This document shows, in pieces, positions 63,501 through 64,000 of a stretch of 64,000 nt of DNA; position 1 is the stretch's first letter, and every line of letters begins with the position of its first letter. The notes under the pieces were generated by a model. That model did no database searches and had not been told where the DNA came from. It saw nothing but the letters and a program-made list of their open reading frames with translations. The stretch comes from an uncultured virus (IMG/VR IMGVR_UViG_3300046804_004214). Lineage: Duplodnaviria > Heunggongvirae > Uroviricota > Caudoviricetes. Location: the IMG/VR virus record IMGVR_UViG_3300046804_004214, one strand, 5' to 3'. Position numbers and translations under genes: made by a program.

Positions 63501-63587
63501 TTCGGATATTAGAGGATATTCTTCTCTCACATAACGAGGAAGTTGATTCTTAGCAATTAGACTAAACTTAACTCTATTTTCTTTCAT
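51534..63587 (-). CDS. g7: Baseplate wedge initiator (gp7-like), 4017 aa multidomain
   Basis: QLPRYVREEYPLISEFLSQYY, FYTSKGT, QDSFYYQNFSYSL; lies between g6 and g8. Confidence 0.85.
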   Translation of the reverse strand: MKENRVKFSLIAKNQLPRYVREEYPLISEFLSQYYISQEYQGSAADLIQNIDQYIKIENVVNKSSGATLSSDISFFDDVIYIQSETGTNGYPDSYGLIQIDEEIITYTGKTDRSFTGCIRGFSGITSYQKQNDPEYVVFSSTETSEHSAGASIINLSSLFLDNFLVKIKNQFIPGLENRTLTDNLNQSIFIKQSKDFYTSKGTDLSFEILFKSLYNENVKVVRPKEYLIRPSDANYQITKNLVVESIEGDPLELENSTLYQEEYGNFTKSYAPIALVEKILSKDGKEYFILGYDANYNRDISVDGALYGNFKVHPKTKVIGDVSSQSFIDVDSTIGFPNQGELYVIYQDGTSGVVNYESKNTTQFLNCTNITGIILDGEDISINTYASNKSKSVKVRITSVLSDIDFVDNPYYLQKDDEIQIKSLGINADARDFISNNWLFNISSSYNVKNVTLLDASNKIYKILIDSDHIFKLGDNIILIGDADTNTLGTIEDIISNNTIIIKSQSILLLSDSYKIKRKLLKFNSTKFSDISSIISNVQNVYKSEDRTLISSQSLPNYGNQLINPYDKKIIFSGFYTSGTDTFKISENSDHGFYTGDSIYYTPQIIEVTETDIDGNTFVSEEIGSSLFDEGVYFIKRVDENNIKFAKSRTDINYSNYIKLNDDKDINANKIEYIKFAAKTLKPQNILREISRPITNSSKYETPSGSCTGILINGVEISNYKSNDIVYYGKLEKINVISGGNGYDVFNPPNLSIDDEIGTGATTGNISVKGSLQKIDVIDPGFDYLSTPIITITGGNGYGAQAKVNMKLISHSVKFNSELKSANVSVGSTLSTIGFGTYHKFRNAERIIYRTNGERGVGGLSTNSDYYASIITPYSIKLHKTSSDAISGINTIFLTSYGTGNHYFESYNKKSVISSINVTNSGQGYENKLRTTTSVGINTFIDVITLKDHGYNNGEIINYTTDGVSISGLSNGSDYYVTSLDKDTIRLSSVGVGSTNIDFYYKTKQYISLNSIGSGTHKFNYPNVNVSITGNIGISSVNGSTFQAIIQPVFRGEITSVNLENNGVGYGSSDILNYKREPVIEVSVGKNAELIPIVSNGKIVEVLINNPGSEYNSPPDLIVSGQGFGAYLTAVVKNGQIKEVKIIDSGAGYVQDTTFVTIVTFGDDAKFSSEIQKWRVNLFEKNFNLFSDDDGIITESKNSEYELKYSHLYAPRKLRENLFPIGKNNKTLYGKRDLTKINNSEVNSIDHSPIIGWAYDGNPIYGPYGYQTKEGGKIVQMKSGYKEESLIKENRPSLDEFPSGFFVEDFTYYEDGDESTLDECNGRFCVTPEFPKGTYAYFATLNPLSVDSFGVFARYKRPIFPYLIGNFYSSNPIEFNFKKYSNQDRIDLNETKWSRNVFPYNLYDNNYLYLDLPNNLNQKSTIKYVSSGSIDDIKVIFGGENYKVNDNVIFNNTKGYGTEAIVSKISGKTISSVSVATSSISDVYLYPSGNKGEVVLLTNNPHSYSSGDIISVTGLSTSLFGVDGFYNASISSNILSLASTIPQSSTTGIVTYFSVSGNINSNKIRENDILLIDSERIKVLNVDTKSSRIRVLRERNNTIGSSHSSTSLIYEIPRKITIDTKKVGLNTFYPYKIDKEIYFDPKESIGIGTLSSVGMGITLVFSNPGAGITNIFIPSKSIYIPDHNLETGDELTYSTNGGSPIGVSTNGINSYNLLDQTTLYVAKINSDLIGISSVKVGIGSTGLFVGITSQTSRSSTLFFTGIGTGSSHSFKTNYNPIRAKVSRNIVTVATSQTHGLLDNDVVFMNIKSGVTTSIIVRYNDYHRLLIIDPKEFNSLDVDILNNSIFISNHTLFTGQKVLHTSSSPSGGLENNKFYYVFVIDKDNIKLCENYYNSTLLNPIFVNITSSSNGTLSQINPPINGFRNSTINFDLSDSSLSYLRGGSKYPAFDFNLFLDSEYNQKFDTTGKNTQFNFRKTGVIGIDAVISLVIDDHIPKNLYYKLTPVYSSESLPKFKEGIQIDDSVFSRNQIKIEESFYNGKHEVSVASTTSFTYPLKKYPENSQYTSSNSLSINYLTNSLSAYGPISEIKVLNGGKNYYVLPEASDIRTSSGYDAIIEPSSKTIGNTKKVRFQDIGFNFPSDFTLRPSISLPQIIKMSPSFSFESVGVSSFGRGYTYPPKLLIINSETNEIIPEADLRFSLTSNKVEIFNNTYSLRNLNPIILPIENSNGVGIGSISYNSFNKKVTIRLSVGFSTAESFPFKVNDRVLIENVSVGVATTAKGYNSKDYNYQLFTLTDVDENRGGIGSVSYSLSGLLEDSEYPGNFDILNSSARIIPEKYFPIFDIKLVENDYYIGEFVNSTSATGKVIGWDKKTNNLKVSSARGFTEGELIIGSVSKSQGIASSITSFNAFFNLSSSSRVENGWKSNVGFLNDNLQKVQDSFYYQNFSYSLRSRVDYETWNDAVSTLNHTLGFKKFSDYQLESFNENQSIVGVTTDLSGFNIVNDIISYGDLNCVYDFDLVKENSIINNSRIISDEIIFKNRILTDYSESFGNRVLSIDDISSQFNSNPRPEKYSEAFRFSIGDARAQKSIVCIRDKRYYTQLQLIVLTLLHNNTLGYINQYGRVETLEDLGYFDFTINGSEGVVLFYPTKFKTYDYDITSFSYNLKDSFVGINSTIIGNNVKIITSNSNISSGSVTTIAGIAVTHTSAKILVEISTDSDDYQFDELNVVHNGSNVEFIEYGKIINSSSGYVGSGLGTYYSYISGSNVNVDFIPDNNINASVNTIQVSFAGTSVSGVGSLPLRNAELLTDTVLISSSPTPSETVILSYSEEFDGAYCIVQAYDMTNNQNQLSEVIITDDGSVSDGYVGYSYHSEFGNIETLSGIGTIGSNKSLGITNLTFTAKQNTKVQVKVYSHLIRAERNEYLPSDDLSNAIETDYGVYFGTERDIKKSFEILHNSSPVFEKYFDASNPSIANTTTNTITLGNHFFVTGEMVTYQQDISPIGIAATYFGVGIGTTNKLPSDVYIVKVDDSSVKLARSAEDALKVIPKTIDLTSISGIGSAHKFSATKQNSKIIVAIDNVIQSPVVATSLTTTLSKELLSTQNIAYFTGITSFFGGDLIQIGSEIMKIEGVGIGSTNAIRVQRPLLGTNIAGYSTGSLITRVTGSYNIVDNVINFIDAPYGNLPDITFSNKPDDRDWSGIATGSSFQGRVFLRSGQPNGVNETYYKNYIFDDISEQFNGYSGTFPLKSNKNDITGIYNENAVILINDVFQGPSQSLNYTLSENSGITSISFVGTPSSNPYDANMGGLPRGGIIISVGSTAGLGYQPLISAGGTAIVSTSGTISQVSIGNSGSGYRSGIHTLGGIKPIEIRVGVGTSSLGTPNIEFIGTASVSNGRIVSVAITNPGYGYTSSNPPYVVFDAPVSYSNMPLYYSSSSSGVGTQARIDVVVGQGSSIIDFEITNTGYGYGQGNILTIPVGGIAGIPTTSGYDEFKIIIQKTFTDKFSGWSMGEFQVIDSIENLFDGDTITFPLKFSNSLISIRSSKGSNIVVQDTLLIFLNDILQVPGKSYIFDGGSIITFTEAPKVGDTCKILFYRGSGSVDVIDRNILETVKVGDKLTISYDPSIGQSPILSEDYRIATSINSTDILETNTYFGPGNTADENLLRPIIWCRQTEDKIINEKEIGKDRTLYEPSIYPSSYLIQSVGIGSTFIFVDNIRPFFNPINENDYSLDFQKKITIISQDNKIGSYATSVVSSGGTISSILLSSGGYGYESSPDVSIQSPVGLGDTQKANATALITSGIVTSIKISYGGIGYTSTNPPSVLIAPPTIKKESDSVQSYQGDFGIIVGISTGSFVGIASTAIVFDLFIPHDSYLRDSSITGITTLSGIQTGYYFVVSNSNVGKGVTSLDSSGSIVGVGTTYLDNIYIANSVSIASTSIPGIGMTYIRKVIARVSSYNGLSLNGIGVTNFYGEFSWGRITLSERSEENTYNAYTLKGISGITTGSIVTRYSPLKYLDYIP

Positions 63588-63591
63588 TTTA

Positions 63592-64000
63592 TTATGATCT
63601 TACTAAATTTCCGTTGCTGTAACTTGAGGTTGTAATGTAATTTGATGCTGAAGGATCTAATCCAGAGGATATTTCATCAATTACCATATCAAAAGTACTA
63701 CTACTAATATCTAGTTGCAAATACAAATCCTGTAAACCAATAACATCATTTGATTTTGGAATTGCAGAAATTTCAATAATACTCTGCCCATCTTTTACTT
63801 TTCCAGTATTCTGAATATTAATAGGATTTAAAGTTATTATTCCATTTTTATAATCTATTTTTCCAACATTTCTTTTTACTATAGTAGCACTAGTAGAATT
63901 TGTATCAGGAACATTAAATAAGAAAATAGAACCAGTTTCTTTGTTGGAGTCTGGTATATCGGACAAATATACATCTTGCTGTATATCACTTACTCTGAAA
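63592..64000 (-). CDS. g6: Baseplate wedge subunit, C-terminal part (5' end outside the window)
   Basis: Frame open to the window edge (FRVSDIQQDVYLSDIP...GKIDYKNGIITL...PKSNDV); directly upstream of g7. Confidence 0.85.
   Translation of the reverse strand, partial: FRVSDIQQDVYLSDIPDSNKETGSIFLFNVPDTNSTSATIVKRNVGKIDYKNGIITLNPINIQNTGKVKDGQSIIEISAIPKSNDVIGLQDLYLQLDISSSTFDMVIDEISSGLDPSASNYITTSSYSNGNLVRS

Noticed and set aside
1..64000. tRNA, rRNA or photosynthesis genes (psbA, hli)
   Set aside because: None recognised; intergenic gaps are too short and lack cloverleaf signatures

Overview
64 kb of a T4-like cyanomyovirus genome (Kyanoviridae-type; the host and a freshwater origin are inferred). 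Essentially every gene is on the minus strand. In transcription order (right to left): baseplate g6 (partial), g7, g8; a 2506-aa virion protein; two small ORFs, one NblA-like and missed by the ORF track; neck and tail g13-g15; terminase small subunit g16; a ~17 kb accessory island between g16 and g17; g17-g23, g3, uvsY, uvsW, g55, g47, g46; and a partial HEXXH/VWA gene. The island holds two giant Gly-X-Gln collagen-like fibres, two mini-collagen peptides, a beta-propeller glycosidase-like gene, a triple glycosyltransferase-TPR fusion and a modular head-protein-like ORF. Main observation: the 1775-aa collagen/beta-helix fibre appears to carry three phycobiliprotein-like (globin) domains in a nested A1-A2-A3-B1-B2-B3 order. 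Each keeps a CxRD motif like the bilin-attachment site and a second Cys resembling beta-Cys153. Other highlights are a possible fibre-glycosylation module and perfectly overlapping divergent sigma70 promoters at g55. All family calls are from motif recognition by eye; no searches were run.
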